Of a stretch of 64,000 nt of DNA, positions 9,244 to 17,783 are shown piece after piece (position 1 is the stretch's first letter; the number at the start of each line of letters is the position of its first letter). Under the pieces are notes generated by a model. It made no database searches. It was not told the origin of the DNA and saw only the letters and a program-made list of their open reading frames with translations. The DNA is from a virus: IMG/VR virus record IMGVR_UViG_3300003322_000128, positions 1 to 64,000 of that record; one strand, written 5' to 3'. The position numbers and the translations under genes were made by a program.

Positions 9244-9319
9244 CTTTGCAAGGTCATGTCTGACGCGCATGTTAAATACTGTCGAATTGGAGCTAGCCCA
9301 ATTGAAAGTGCCTTGTTAT

Positions 9320-9392
9320 TCCGTAGTGGTGTAATGGCTGCACGTCTCCTTGCCAAGGAGAAGGCTTGCGAGTTCGATTCTCGTCTACGGGA
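9320..9392 (+). tRNA. tRNA-Gly(GCC)
   Basis: TCCGTAG/CTACGGG acceptor, TT-GCC-AA loop, GTTCGATT T arm. Confidence 0.85.
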
Positions 9393-9399
9393 CTTTCCG

Positions 9400-9428
9400 G
9401 CCGGATTCATAAAGAGTCCGGCATTTTT
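9400..9428 (+). terminator. intrinsic terminator
   Basis: GCCGGATTC/GAGTCCGGC stem followed by ATTTTT. Confidence 0.7.
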
Positions 9429-9441
9429 ATTGGAGTAAATT

Positions 9442-9645
9442 ATGATGCAGGTCACTCTTTGGAAGAAGGATAACGAACAGAGCGGTGTCTCTCTTTCGTA
9501 TGTTGGTGATGAAGTTGTTCTAGAATTTGACTATACTGGAAAGCCCACAGCTCATTACTTCGATACGAAGGCGGAAGCTATTGGGTTTATTATCAAGCAG
9601 GCTTATGCTCTGCTTTCTCTTGGATATGAGGTTTTTGCGGAATGA
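9442..9645 (+). CDS. hypothetical protein
   Basis: GGAG RBS, ORF. Confidence 0.6.
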   Translation: MMQVTLWKKDNEQSGVSLSYVGDEVVLEFDYTGKPTAHYFDTKAEAIGFIIKQAYALLSLGYEVFAE

Positions 9646-10205
9646 TTGTTAAGGGTTCTAAGGTTAAGATTAAGGACAATTACAGTGGTAACCTTTCCGA
9701 TGTTATTGGAAAGGTCGGAACTGTGATTGATGTTGAGACTCCTAGTGATGAAGCAATTGAGCGGCGTTTCCTTCTTGATATTGAGGGTGGCTATGTTCAT
9801 GAGGCCAGTTACTACCCTGGTGGCAAGAGGTACTACACTGCTAAGGCCATTGTTCATCGTAGTGAGATTGAGGAATACTCTTATGAGATGAAGGATTGCA
9901 AGGGTGTTCTTCTTGAGATTGGTGACAAGGTGGTGTATAGTGGTAACCGCCCCGGAATCATTGAGGGTGAGGTTGTTGACTTCAAGGACACTGAACACTC
10001 ATGGTACAGTGGCACCCGTCAGGTCAATAAGGTTCAACTGAAGATTACTGGCAGTAATCGTCATAGTGATGGTGTTCGATACTTTGACAGTGAGACTTCT
10101 CGTCTTCAGTGGTTTGAGAACACTGACCGAATGATGATTGTCCAGAAGGCTATTAAGCCGGGTGATGTTTTTGATATGCGCAATCTTCGTGTGCTAGACT
10201 GCTGA
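9642..10205 (+). CDS. hypothetical protein with two SH3-like modules
   Basis: KGSKVKI..GKVGTVIDV and LEIGDKVVY..GEVVDF. Confidence 0.65.
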   Translation: MIVKGSKVKIKDNYSGNLSDVIGKVGTVIDVETPSDEAIERRFLLDIEGGYVHEASYYPGGKRYYTAKAIVHRSEIEEYSYEMKDCKGVLLEIGDKVVYSGNRPGIIEGEVVDFKDTEHSWYSGTRQVNKVQLKITGSNRHSDGVRYFDSETSRLQWFENTDRMMIVQKAIKPGDVFDMRNLRVLDC

Positions 10206-10206
10206 T

Positions 10207-10395
10207 ATGAAGAAAAAGCCAAAGCCAATCGGTGGCGGACACTACACAGTATGTCGAGAATGCAGAGGAACAGGCAAACGTCTTCTGACTAAGAAGGCAA
10301 ATAATCGACGTGGGCAGGCCATTGTTGCTGAAGATTGCCCAGATTGCCGGGACGGGACTGGAAGCAGTCGTGGATGGATTGCAGTCCCGCGTTGA
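10207..10395 (+). CDS. small DnaJ-type zinc-finger protein
   Basis: CRECRGTG...CPDCRDGTG. Confidence 0.55.
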   Translation: MKKKPKPIGGGHYTVCRECRGTGKRLLTKKANNRRGQAIVAEDCPDCRDGTGSSRGWIAVPR

Positions 10396-10548
10396 CACTC
10401 CTGGTTGCCTGTGGTAGTATTTAAGTGTGGGTCGAAGAAGAACGGTTATCAAACTAATTATGGGTAAACACATCGTTCTTCGCTTTTATATCCACACATG
10501 ACTTCTAGTATATTTGACATTAGAAGTCAAGCTTGTTATAATTCATCT

Positions 10549-10983
10549 ATGGATACGAAGTATTGCCCAAAGTGCAGGGACACAAAAGCTACAGATGAAT
10601 TTGCAAGGAATAAGGCAAGACCCGACGGACTTGCTGCAAGTTGTAAAAAGTGCAACAGTGATTATAAGAAGTTGCATTATGCGGTAAATAAAGATAAGGT
10701 CGTAGCTAAGGTAAAGGCTAGGAAACAAGAACTTATCGATAAGTGTTGGAAGTACAAAAGTGAGCATGCATGTGCTGATTGTGGATTGGTAGACCCTGTA
10801 GTAATGGAGTTTGACCACATCAGTGACAAAACGATGGGAATTGCCGAGATGGTCCAGCAAGGATATTCTTGGGACAATGTTCTTAAAGAAATCGAAAAAT
10901 GTGAACTTGTTTGTGCCAACTGTCACAGAAGAAGAACCCATACTAGAGCAGGATGGGTTAGAAACATAAACATTGTAGTTTAA
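10549..10983 (+). CDS. HNH endonuclease
   Basis: CPKC..CKKC, CADCG...EFDH...CELVCANCHRRRTH; own TTGACA-17-TATAAT promoter, leaderless start. Confidence 0.85.
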   Translation: MDTKYCPKCRDTKATDEFARNKARPDGLAASCKKCNSDYKKLHYAVNKDKVVAKVKARKQELIDKCWKYKSEHACADCGLVDPVVMEFDHISDKTMGIAEMVQQGYSWDNVLKEIEKCELVCANCHRRRTHTRAGWVRNINIVV

Positions 10984-11054
10984 GCGCTATTAGCTCAACA
11001 GTAGAGCGCCAGTCTTCCAAACTGGATACGCGGGGGCGGCACCCGCATAGCGCT
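10984..11054 (+). tRNA. tRNA-Gly(UCC), non-canonical D and T loops
   Basis: GCGCTAT/ATAGCGC acceptor, CT-TCC-AA loop; T loop GGCGGCA. Confidence 0.75.
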
Positions 11055-11059
11055 CTTTA

Positions 11060-11085
11060 GCCCCGGAAAAGTTCCGGGGCATTTT
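11060..11085 (+). terminator. intrinsic terminator
   Basis: GCCCCGGAA/TTCCGGGGC stem followed by ATTTT. Confidence 0.65.
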
Positions 11086-11100
11086 CATTTAGGAGAAGAA

Positions 11101-11682
11101 ATGGCCACTGGTTATACAAGCAAGCTTCATGATGGCGAGCAGTCATTCAGCGATTTCGTTCTTGATTGTGCTCGGGCTTTTGGTGCATATGTTCATCTTC
11201 GTGACAACCTGAATACAGTAACTCTTCAAATTGAAGACCGCACATCTACATATGCTGGTTATGTTGATAAGTCTCAGACTGCTTATGACAATTTCACTGC
11301 CCTTACCGAAGATGAGCAGCGGCAGCAGTACAACAAGTATGTTGCTGATATGACAAAGTATTACTCTGACCAGAAGGTTAAGGATGCTGAACTTGCTAAG
11401 CGGTATGGCGAAATGCTTGGTAGGGTTATTGCATGGAATGTTCCTAAGGAGCTTAACAACCTTAAGGAATTCATGAAGGAGCAGCTTGAGCGCAGCATTG
11501 AATTTGATTGCAAGACATATAATTTCAATGCGCCTACATTTGAAGAGTGGCTTGATGATAAGGTTAGCTATCTCGAAAGGTCACTCAGAAATGATGTAGA
11601 AAGTCTAGAGAAGGAAAAGAAGAGGATTACAGAAGCACGTGCTTGGCATGAGGCTCTTCTGAAGGCTGCTCAGCAGTTCTGA
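11101..11682 (+). CDS. hypothetical phage protein (helical)
   Basis: AGGAG RBS, 193 aa. Confidence 0.75.
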   Translation: MATGYTSKLHDGEQSFSDFVLDCARAFGAYVHLRDNLNTVTLQIEDRTSTYAGYVDKSQTAYDNFTALTEDEQRQQYNKYVADMTKYYSDQKVKDAELAKRYGEMLGRVIAWNVPKELNNLKEFMKEQLERSIEFDCKTYNFNAPTFEEWLDDKVSYLERSLRNDVESLEKEKKRITEARAWHEALLKAAQQF

Positions 11683-11731
11683 AAAATCCGGGCGGGTTGG
11701 CTTGACTCGCCTAAGCTGCTATAATATACTC

Positions 11732-11929
11732 ATGGAAGAAACAGTTTCATACAGCTTTGCTGTACAAATCTATCGTAATGACGCAGGCACCTACACATAT
11801 GGTGTCTTTCAGGAAATTGAATCTGAAGAAGAGGACGACCTACAGTTGCTAGAAGTTGGTGAAGCTGATACAATCAACGAAGCAGCAGAGATGGTTGGAA
11901 AAAGTTTGAAGACTCTATTTCCTGCGTGA
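11732..11929 (+). CDS. hypothetical acidic protein (leaderless)
   Basis: ATG 6 nt after TGCTATAAT. Confidence 0.6.
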   Translation: MEETVSYSFAVQIYRNDAGTYTYGVFQEIESEEEDDLQLLEVGEADTINEAAEMVGKSLKTLFPA

Positions 11930-11955
11930 TTTTTGACCCTTTCGTAAAGGGTCTT

Positions 11956-12027
11956 TCCCCTATGGTCTAATGGCAGTGACGCGGGTTTTTGGTGCCTGAG
12001 GTGTTAGTTCGAGTCTAGCTGGGGGAG
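11956..12027 (+). tRNA. tRNA-Gln(UUG)
   Basis: TCCCCTA/TGGGGGA acceptor, TT-TTG-GT loop, GTTCGAGT T arm. Confidence 0.88.
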
Positions 12028-12048
12028 CTGTCTAAAAAGGAGAAAATA

Positions 12049-12270
12049 ATGCCTGATTGGGTAGTTACGGTAACAATCATCTACTATCTTGTGGCAGCCA
12101 TTATGATGTTTATGCTCTTGTGTGGTATTGACAAGTATGATGGATTTATACCGAGGTACGGTATGTACCGAGGAGCTACATTGGAAATTGCAGTAAGACT
12201 TCTTATTGCGGCATTTTGGCTTCCATATGCTCTGTTCTTTTACATTCGCGGTCTGATTAGAGGAGACTGA
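12049..12270 (+). CDS. small membrane protein
   Basis: Two TM segments, FWLP motif. Confidence 0.7.
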   Translation: MPDWVVTVTIIYYLVAAIMMFMLLCGIDKYDGFIPRYGMYRGATLEIAVRLLIAAFWLPYALFFYIRGLIRGD

Positions 12271-12271
12271 A

Positions 12272-12469
12272 ATGCTTTGGCTGCTTATCGTTTTTTTGGC
12301 CGGGTTTGCTATTATGATGGCTGCAATGGGTCCATGGATTTACCGAGCATTTAGGGAAAGCATCCATGACGGATTGCTGATTCTACTGTTTGCAATTATT
12401 CTTGGAACGCTCTTTGTTCCTCTGTCTGTTTTTGGCATCATTGCCATGATGTTCCCTAAGAAGGATTAA
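12272..12469 (+). CDS. small membrane protein
   Basis: Two TM segments. Confidence 0.7.
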   Translation: MLWLLIVFLAGFAIMMAAMGPWIYRAFRESIHDGLLILLFAIILGTLFVPLSVFGIIAMMFPKKD

Positions 12470-12470
12470 G

Positions 12471-12734
12471 ATGGAAATTCTGTTCTGGGTTTGGGTTATT
12501 CCTGCCGCTGTATTTGCGATTATCCTTTCACTCATGGTGTTTTGCTTTGCTATGATGAATAGTCAGTCTGGTGACCAAGTTGGAGCATTTCTGACTCTTC
12601 TGCTGATTCCTGTTGTTATTGCTGGTTCATCAATTTGGCCGGTTTCCTTCCCGATTGTTTCTTATCTTGGATATCGAGATGAGAAGCGTATTAAGAAGGT
12701 TAATGCTGAATGGCAGGCTAAGCACGGTCTATGA
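12471..12734 (+). CDS. small membrane protein
   Basis: Two TM segments, IWP motif. Confidence 0.7.
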   Translation: MEILFWVWVIPAAVFAIILSLMVFCFAMMNSQSGDQVGAFLTLLLIPVVIAGSSIWPVSFPIVSYLGYRDEKRIKKVNAEWQAKHGL

Positions 12735-12776
12735 ACAACCCGCCCGGAAACGGGCAAGCTTTGAAGGGAGATTGTT

Positions 12777-13073
12777 ATGGGATGGGTGTTGCTGGTTGTC
12801 GTCTTGGTTGCACTGTGGTACCGTAGCAACTACAAAGGCGCAATAAAAATGTATGAGCATGAGAAAATGCTCAACAAACTAGCCCAAGGTGAAAATTACC
12901 GAAGGCTTGTGGGATTTACTCATAACGGTAGGAAGTATAAGGCCAGGGTTAGGCGCTGGGATGTTGACGAAGCCGGGCCGGATATGGCAGAGTTGTGGTG
13001 TATTGAAGGTTCTAATCCAGACGGATGGACCGAATATTTTTTGTGGAATAAGAAGGACTTGAAGTTCCTATGA
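12777..13073 (+). CDS. membrane-anchored hypothetical protein
   Basis: N-terminal TM. Confidence 0.65.
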   Translation: MGWVLLVVVLVALWYRSNYKGAIKMYEHEKMLNKLAQGENYRRLVGFTHNGRKYKARVRRWDVDEAGPDMAELWCIEGSNPDGWTEYFLWNKKDLKFL

Positions 13074-13267
13074 TATTCTTTATCATTGCATATACAGTGG
13101 TTGGAATGTATGCAACTCTCCTTGCATGGGGTCTTGCGACTATTGATATCCGGAAGCGAGACATTTCTTTGCTTGGGGCAATTCGTTCTATTGCCATAGG
13201 AATTTTCTGGCTTCCTTGTTTGATAATCTGTCTAATTTGGGTTGGATGGGAATATCATACAAAGTAA
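13070..13267 (+). CDS. small membrane protein
   Basis: Two TM segments, FWLP motif. Confidence 0.65.
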   Translation: MIFFIIAYTVVGMYATLLAWGLATIDIRKRDISLLGAIRSIAIGIFWLPCLIICLIWVGWEYHTK

Positions 13268-13311
13268 TAAACTGCCCGAAAGGGCAAGCTTTCATAACAG
13301 GAAGGTTGACA

Positions 13312-13509
13312 ATGGACATCCTTTTTAGCTTCTATATGGTTGGCGCAATTGTAATGCTCTGCTTTGTAATTCTATGTATGTTCCTTGCCGTAATGGGTGG
13401 GGAAATTCCATGGAATTGGTTTGTGCAGGCTGTTCTTATCGCAGCAACTTGGCCAATCATGATTGCATGGGGATTGGCTGCTGTTGTCTGGAATAAGATT
13501 AGGAAGTAA
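13312..13509 (+). CDS. small membrane protein
   Basis: Two TM segments, TWP motif. Confidence 0.65.
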   Translation: MDILFSFYMVGAIVMLCFVILCMFLAVMGGEIPWNWFVQAVLIAATWPIMIAWGLAAVVWNKIRK

Positions 13510-14124
13510 ATGGATTTTAAAACTCTGCATGAATCAATTCCCTATGCAACTGGGGATAAACTTCATGTAATGGAAATGAAGCCTTATCCCAATATTACAT
13601 TGTCAATGCCTGGACGGCATCAAAACGATACTGACCCTAAGGGCGGAGATTTTGTTGTCATGGTTGATGATGTAAATAAGGGTTGGGTGAAGCATCAGTT
13701 TACTCATGGTGACCTTTGGCATGACCTTGAAAAGAAGCTCTGGGCTCATGGTCCGGAGGCTAAGGAATTGATGAGAGATTATGCCAAGGTTGTCCGTGGT
13801 GCAGACCCTGAGTCTACTGGTTGGGATTTTGAGAACGGTCTTATTTCTGAGACGCTAGAGGAGTGGTGGGGGCATACGCTGTTGCCTCAGACATTTTTGT
13901 ACGCTGTTCAGTGCCTAGCTGTGGCTGAACACCGCCGCTATTGGCCTCATGAGTGCAAGGGTGGCGGAAGGTACTTGCCAGCACGCTTCTCAATGGGTAT
14001 CATCGAAGGAAAGTGGTCCGCCGAAGATGCTGAGAAGTTTCAATATCGTGGCAGACAGGGACTTGAGAATCTGATTAAGGAGAAGGGCAGGCCCACTCCG
14101 CTTAAGAAGTTCGCCGAAAGCTAA
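13510..14124 (+). CDS. hypothetical protein
   Basis: 204-aa ORF. Confidence 0.7.
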   Translation: MDFKTLHESIPYATGDKLHVMEMKPYPNITLSMPGRHQNDTDPKGGDFVVMVDDVNKGWVKHQFTHGDLWHDLEKKLWAHGPEAKELMRDYAKVVRGADPESTGWDFENGLISETLEEWWGHTLLPQTFLYAVQCLAVAEHRRYWPHECKGGGRYLPARFSMGIIEGKWSAEDAEKFQYRGRQGLENLIKEKGRPTPLKKFAES

Positions 14125-14172
14125 TTTTGGCGGGTTTACGGGACCTTTCGTAAAGGGCCCGAAGCTGATACA

Positions 14173-14382
14173 ATGAAAGGCATGATGACACAGAATCCAA
14201 AGGCTACTGAGAAAACAGTTACCTTGACACTGAAGATTAAAGCGGATAACATGGCTGAGGTTTACGGCCGGATTGCAGAGATTGTAAAGTCTGCTGAGAA
14301 TTCCGCAGATGTTGTTTCAGTAGATGTAAGGGACGCAACCCCTAAGATTACTATTGGGGCAACGCGTGAAGCAACTTTCTGA
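14173..14382 (+). CDS. hypothetical protein
   Basis: ORF. Confidence 0.55.
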   Translation: MKGMMTQNPKATEKTVTLTLKIKADNMAEVYGRIAEIVKSAENSADVVSVDVRDATPKITIGATREATF

Positions 14383-14623
14383 AGAATTGGCCACCCACTT
14401 CCTTGCTAAAGATTATAAGTGGAAGTTCGATTATGGCTATGCCAATCCCGACGCTGATGACATTGAAAAGGCTCTTCAGAAAGCCGTGCTAATGTTGACA
14501 GAACACGATGACAATACTCAACTTGAGGTTGGGCATCTGCTGTTTAAAAAGCGGACAGGTGTTATTGACGTGTTTGTTCATGCAGGAACAATTGGAGAAA
14601 ATAATGAAGACAGCAACGTTTGA
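14366..14623 (+). CDS. hypothetical protein
   Basis: ORF; start uncertain. Confidence 0.55.
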   Translation: MKQLSEELATHFLAKDYKWKFDYGYANPDADDIEKALQKAVLMLTEHDDNTQLEVGHLLFKKRTGVIDVFVHAGTIGENNEDSNV

Positions 14624-15047
14624 GTATACTGATAAGACCGACGTTGATAGCAGTCTTGCCACGACTGTATATTACAATTCTGGCAATGAGACGATGGCCA
14701 TTGAGTTTCACAATGGCGGGTCTGCAATTTACGGCAGCGTGCCCGAGGGATTTTACAAGGGATTTGTAACCCTTGAAAGCATCGGCGGAACGTACAACAG
14801 TTTCGTTAAGAAGACTTTCCCTAATGTAAGTGATGGGACTGTTTACGATGTAAACTATGTTGACGTCAATTCTAAGAAGCCAACTCATCGCTATATGGTG
14901 AAGGGTTATGTACGCCACTTCGGTACATTTACGGCCGGAAGTGATGAAGAGGCACGTCAGCAGTTCCTTGACAGCCTTCATGATGATGGCTATGATGGTG
15001 CCGACCTTGCGGTAACGGAGGTGTACATTCTTGAGTCAGGTTCATAA
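14604..15047 (+). CDS. KTSC-domain protein
   Basis: VDSS...YYNS...MAIEFHNGG..Y..VP...Y..F...ESIGG.YN pattern. Confidence 0.7.
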   Translation: MKTATFEYTDKTDVDSSLATTVYYNSGNETMAIEFHNGGSAIYGSVPEGFYKGFVTLESIGGTYNSFVKKTFPNVSDGTVYDVNYVDVNSKKPTHRYMVKGYVRHFGTFTAGSDEEARQQFLDSLHDDGYDGADLAVTEVYILESGS

Positions 15048-15342
15048 TGCTCGGTCTATTGCTGAGCTAACGGAACTGATGAACAACAATGATGAACTTG
15101 TTGTTGATTTCAGTAAGTCAGTTGGTTGTGTTTACTGTACTAGGCTGAAGCCTCATTTTGAAAAGGCAGCCGCGAAGTCTGATAAGACTTTTGTGGTTGT
15201 TGACCTTCTTGAGGTTCCTGATGCCATTAATGCATATGGTATTCAGTCAGTCCCTACTGTTCTGCACTTTAAGGTAGGGGAACAGACTGCTGTTATTACT
15301 GGCCGAACATCCGTCACAATCCTCAGGGAGCTTGGCGAATAA
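15031..15342 (+). CDS. thioredoxin-like protein
   Basis: VVDFS...CVYC, YGIQSVPT. Confidence 0.85.
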   Translation: MSQVHNARSIAELTELMNNNDELVVDFSKSVGCVYCTRLKPHFEKAAAKSDKTFVVVDLLEVPDAINAYGIQSVPTVLHFKVGEQTAVITGRTSVTILRELGE

Positions 15343-15400
15343 TTCGGGGCGGGTGTAAAAACCCGCAAGCTTTCAATTTTAAAATTTAAAGGAGAATCAG

Positions 15401-15676
15401 ATGCTTAAGGATTTGGACCTTCCTGCTCTTCCTGAGAATATGCGATGGAATTTTCGGCGGGTTGAGCTTGATTATGTACTTCCAGTACTTTCAATTCAAT
15501 ATCTTAAGAAGCCCCGCTTTGGTAAGGCTAGGTGGGAAGACCTTGATTCAGTTGCTCCTAGCAAGTCATTTGCCAATTACTCAACTGAGAATGCTATCCT
15601 TAAGGCAGCAAAGGTTCTCGTTGAACGAAATGGCCTTGACAAGGAATTCTTCAAGTACTTCGGCACCAAGCCCTAG
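15401..15676 (+). CDS. hypothetical protein (paralog of the next gene)
   Basis: ML.D.DLP.LP...RW N-terminus. Confidence 0.65.
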   Translation: MLKDLDLPALPENMRWNFRRVELDYVLPVLSIQYLKKPRFGKARWEDLDSVAPSKSFANYSTENAILKAAKVLVERNGLDKEFFKYFGTKP

Positions 15677-15688
15677 AGTGGAGACAGA

Positions 15689-15958
15689 ATGCTAAGTGAT
15701 ATTGACCTTCCTAAGCTTCCTCATGGATATCGATGGAGGCTGTGCAATAAGTATAATCCAACACTTTATCTTGAAGCCCACGTTGCATTCGGTCTATACA
15801 ATTTTGTAGATTCTGAACTTCTTGACAAGAGTCTTGAAGATGATGATGAAATTCGAAAGAATATTCTGAGTGCGGCAGAAAAGATAAAGTCTGATATGCA
15901 TGGCTTGCTGTATCCGACAAAGAACAAGAAGTATTATAAGTACGAAGGGACTATTTAA
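15689..15958 (+). CDS. hypothetical protein (paralog of the previous gene)
   Basis: ML.D.DLP.LP...RW N-terminus. Confidence 0.65.
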   Translation: MLSDIDLPKLPHGYRWRLCNKYNPTLYLEAHVAFGLYNFVDSELLDKSLEDDDEIRKNILSAAEKIKSDMHGLLYPTKNKKYYKYEGTI

Positions 15959-16146
15959 TGGGCAACTATGATTTGGTAATTGCTAAGGCTAAGGCTTTTC
16001 GCGGAGAGACCTATGTGGGTCTTTTGAGAGAGATTGCCGATTTTGCAGAGGCTGTCAGTCACCGGGTGATTCTTGGTATAAATATCGAGGCGAATGCGGA
16101 AGATGATGAGTTTCCTCTGACAGCATATGTGATGTATGAAGATTGA
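15958..16146 (+). CDS. hypothetical protein
   Basis: TAATG overlap with the upstream gene. Confidence 0.6.
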   Translation: MGNYDLVIAKAKAFRGETYVGLLREIADFAEAVSHRVILGINIEANAEDDEFPLTAYVMYED

Positions 16147-16153
16147 TACAATT

Positions 16154-16182
16154 GGGCTAGGGAGAAATCCCTGGCCCTTTTT
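16154..16182 (+). terminator. intrinsic terminator
   Basis: GGGCTAGGGA-GAAA-TCCCTGGCCC followed by TTTTT. Confidence 0.75.
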
Positions 16183-16200
16183 GTATTTGAAAGGAAATTA

Positions 16201-16380
16201 ATGAAGACGATTCATTACTACTATGACAAGCTGGGATTTGAGGAAACTCATGAAGGCTCTGCACATAGTTGTATGATGAAGGGATGTGTGCGTGAGCGCA
16301 AGTATTATGCTAGCGTCCCCACAATAGACCCCGGACCGGATGTACCGGACCCGTGGATGTTCAACCGATATGCGGAGTAA
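16201..16380 (+). CDS. hypothetical protein
   Basis: AAGGA RBS, 59-codon ORF. Confidence 0.5.
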   Translation: MKTIHYYYDKLGFEETHEGSAHSCMMKGCVRERKYYASVPTIDPGPDVPDPWMFNRYAE

Positions 16381-16383
16381 AAA

Positions 16384-16878
16384 ATGCATGTAGTACCTAG
16401 ATTTGATGGAGAGTACTTTTTCCTCAGCAACTTTTTTGAGGCTCCCACAATTTTTTCTATGAATGGTGAGGAGGTGTCCATGCCTACAGGAGAGCATGCC
16501 TTCCAGGCCGCCAAGTGTCACGCCATGCTTGACACAGCCAAGAGGAGGGAGTATGTTCTTTCGGTAGCCAACGCACCATCACCCGGTAAGGCAAAGTATC
16601 TTGGTCGTTCTGTCAAGATTGACACCCGTAAGTGGGATGATATCAAGGTCGAATGTATGCGAGAGGTTGTCTGGCAAAAGTTTTATCAGCACACTGACCT
16701 TCGCGGGGAACTATGTATGACTGATGATGCAATGCTTGTGGAAGGAAATGACTGGGGCGATACTTTTTGGGGTCGCGTAGGTGGCAAGGGTTATAATAAG
16801 CTCGGTGTCATTTTGATGGAAGTGCGTGGATTCTGGCTTTGGCAGGGTAGGCGCAATCAATTGGAGATGGGTTCATGA
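16384..16878 (+). CDS. NADAR (YbiA-like) family protein
   Basis: FLSNF, TGEHAFQAAK, AKYLGR, KF.QH, LVEGN.WGDTFWG, NKLG.ILMEVR. Confidence 0.9.
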   Translation: MHVVPRFDGEYFFLSNFFEAPTIFSMNGEEVSMPTGEHAFQAAKCHAMLDTAKRREYVLSVANAPSPGKAKYLGRSVKIDTRKWDDIKVECMREVVWQKFYQHTDLRGELCMTDDAMLVEGNDWGDTFWGRVGGKGYNKLGVILMEVRGFWLWQGRRNQLEMGS

Positions 16879-17069
16879 GTGACTTAAAGTTTTCAAGAGG
16901 GCAATTCGTTCAGCTTGGTGATATTTCAATGATGAGAGGTAGAATCATTGAAGCAAAGCCGGGCAGGAAGAGAAATAAGTACAAGGTAAGAATGATTTAT
17001 CAAACTGGTCCTATTAGAACATACTGGGAAAGTCAATTGAAGTTGTGTAAGGAACAGAGATGGCTTTGA
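16875..17069 (+). CDS. small SH3-like protein
   Basis: KFSRGQFVQL..G.II....YKV. Confidence 0.55.
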   Translation: MSDLKFSRGQFVQLGDISMMRGRIIEAKPGRKRNKYKVRMIYQTGPIRTYWESQLKLCKEQRWL

Positions 17070-17181
17070 GGTATCGTAAGGCACAGCGTCTTATTGCATC
17101 CCGCCGTTATTCGCGGCGGGTCCGTAATAGATGGCGTAAGTACGGTTGTTCTTGTAACAACCACAACATGAGAGGTGATAA

Positions 17182-17349
17182 ATGAGTAATCGACAGCCTA
17201 ACTTCAAGAATAATGAATGGGTCGAGTATAATGGTAGGCAAGGACAGATTACAAAGGTCTGGACTACTGACCCTAGGGCACCAAAGTACACTGTTAAGTT
17301 TTCTGATGGGAATCGCATTCTTAGTGAAGGACAGCTAAAGCGAGCATGA
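17182..17349 (+). CDS. small SH3-like protein
   Basis: GAGG RBS; FKNNEWVEY.GRQGQITKV...YTVKF. Confidence 0.55.
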   Translation: MSNRQPNFKNNEWVEYNGRQGQITKVWTTDPRAPKYTVKFSDGNRILSEGQLKRA

Positions 17350-17534
17350 AGTATAACGTAATTGTACAGACGGATGGAAAGCACGATACATACAAGGTAT
17401 ATTCTCACAGACTTGAGAATTACTGTCTTGTTCTGAATTTCGGCAGGCTTGAGAAATCAAAGGCTCCGGAAGAGATTGCTATTCCTGTTTTTACGTTTGA
17501 TTTGTTCTACACTGAAGATATTGATGAAGCCTAA
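17346..17534 (+). CDS. hypothetical protein
   Basis: ATGA overlap. Confidence 0.55.
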   Translation: MKYNVIVQTDGKHDTYKVYSHRLENYCLVLNFGRLEKSKAPEEIAIPVFTFDLFYTEDIDEA

Positions 17535-17679
17535 GTACAAAAAGGGCCAGATTGTAACAGGTCCAGGTAACATTTCTGCAACAATTATTAACATTCTGTC
17601 AGATGCGGCGGGATTTAAGTATATCGTAAAGCCAGATGGCAAAAATCCTGTCATCTGGAGAGAGCACGATATCAAATAG
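17524..17679 (+). CDS. small SH3-like protein
   Basis: PKYKKGQIV...ATIINI...YIVK. Confidence 0.55.
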   Translation: MKPKYKKGQIVTGPGNISATIINILSDAAGFKYIVKPDGKNPVIWREHDIK

Positions 17680-17783
17680 TTACCAAGAGAGGGGTTGACA
17701 GCTCCTCTCAAGCTAGTTAGAATAGAAAAAGAATAAAACAACTTATAGCAAAGATATAGAATCAAAGAGAATAGATAATAATT

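Noticed and set aside
9256-9438. ORFs overlapping tRNA genes (also 6224-6499, 9213-9455, 47119-47304)
   Set aside because: The tRNA cloverleaves explain the sequence
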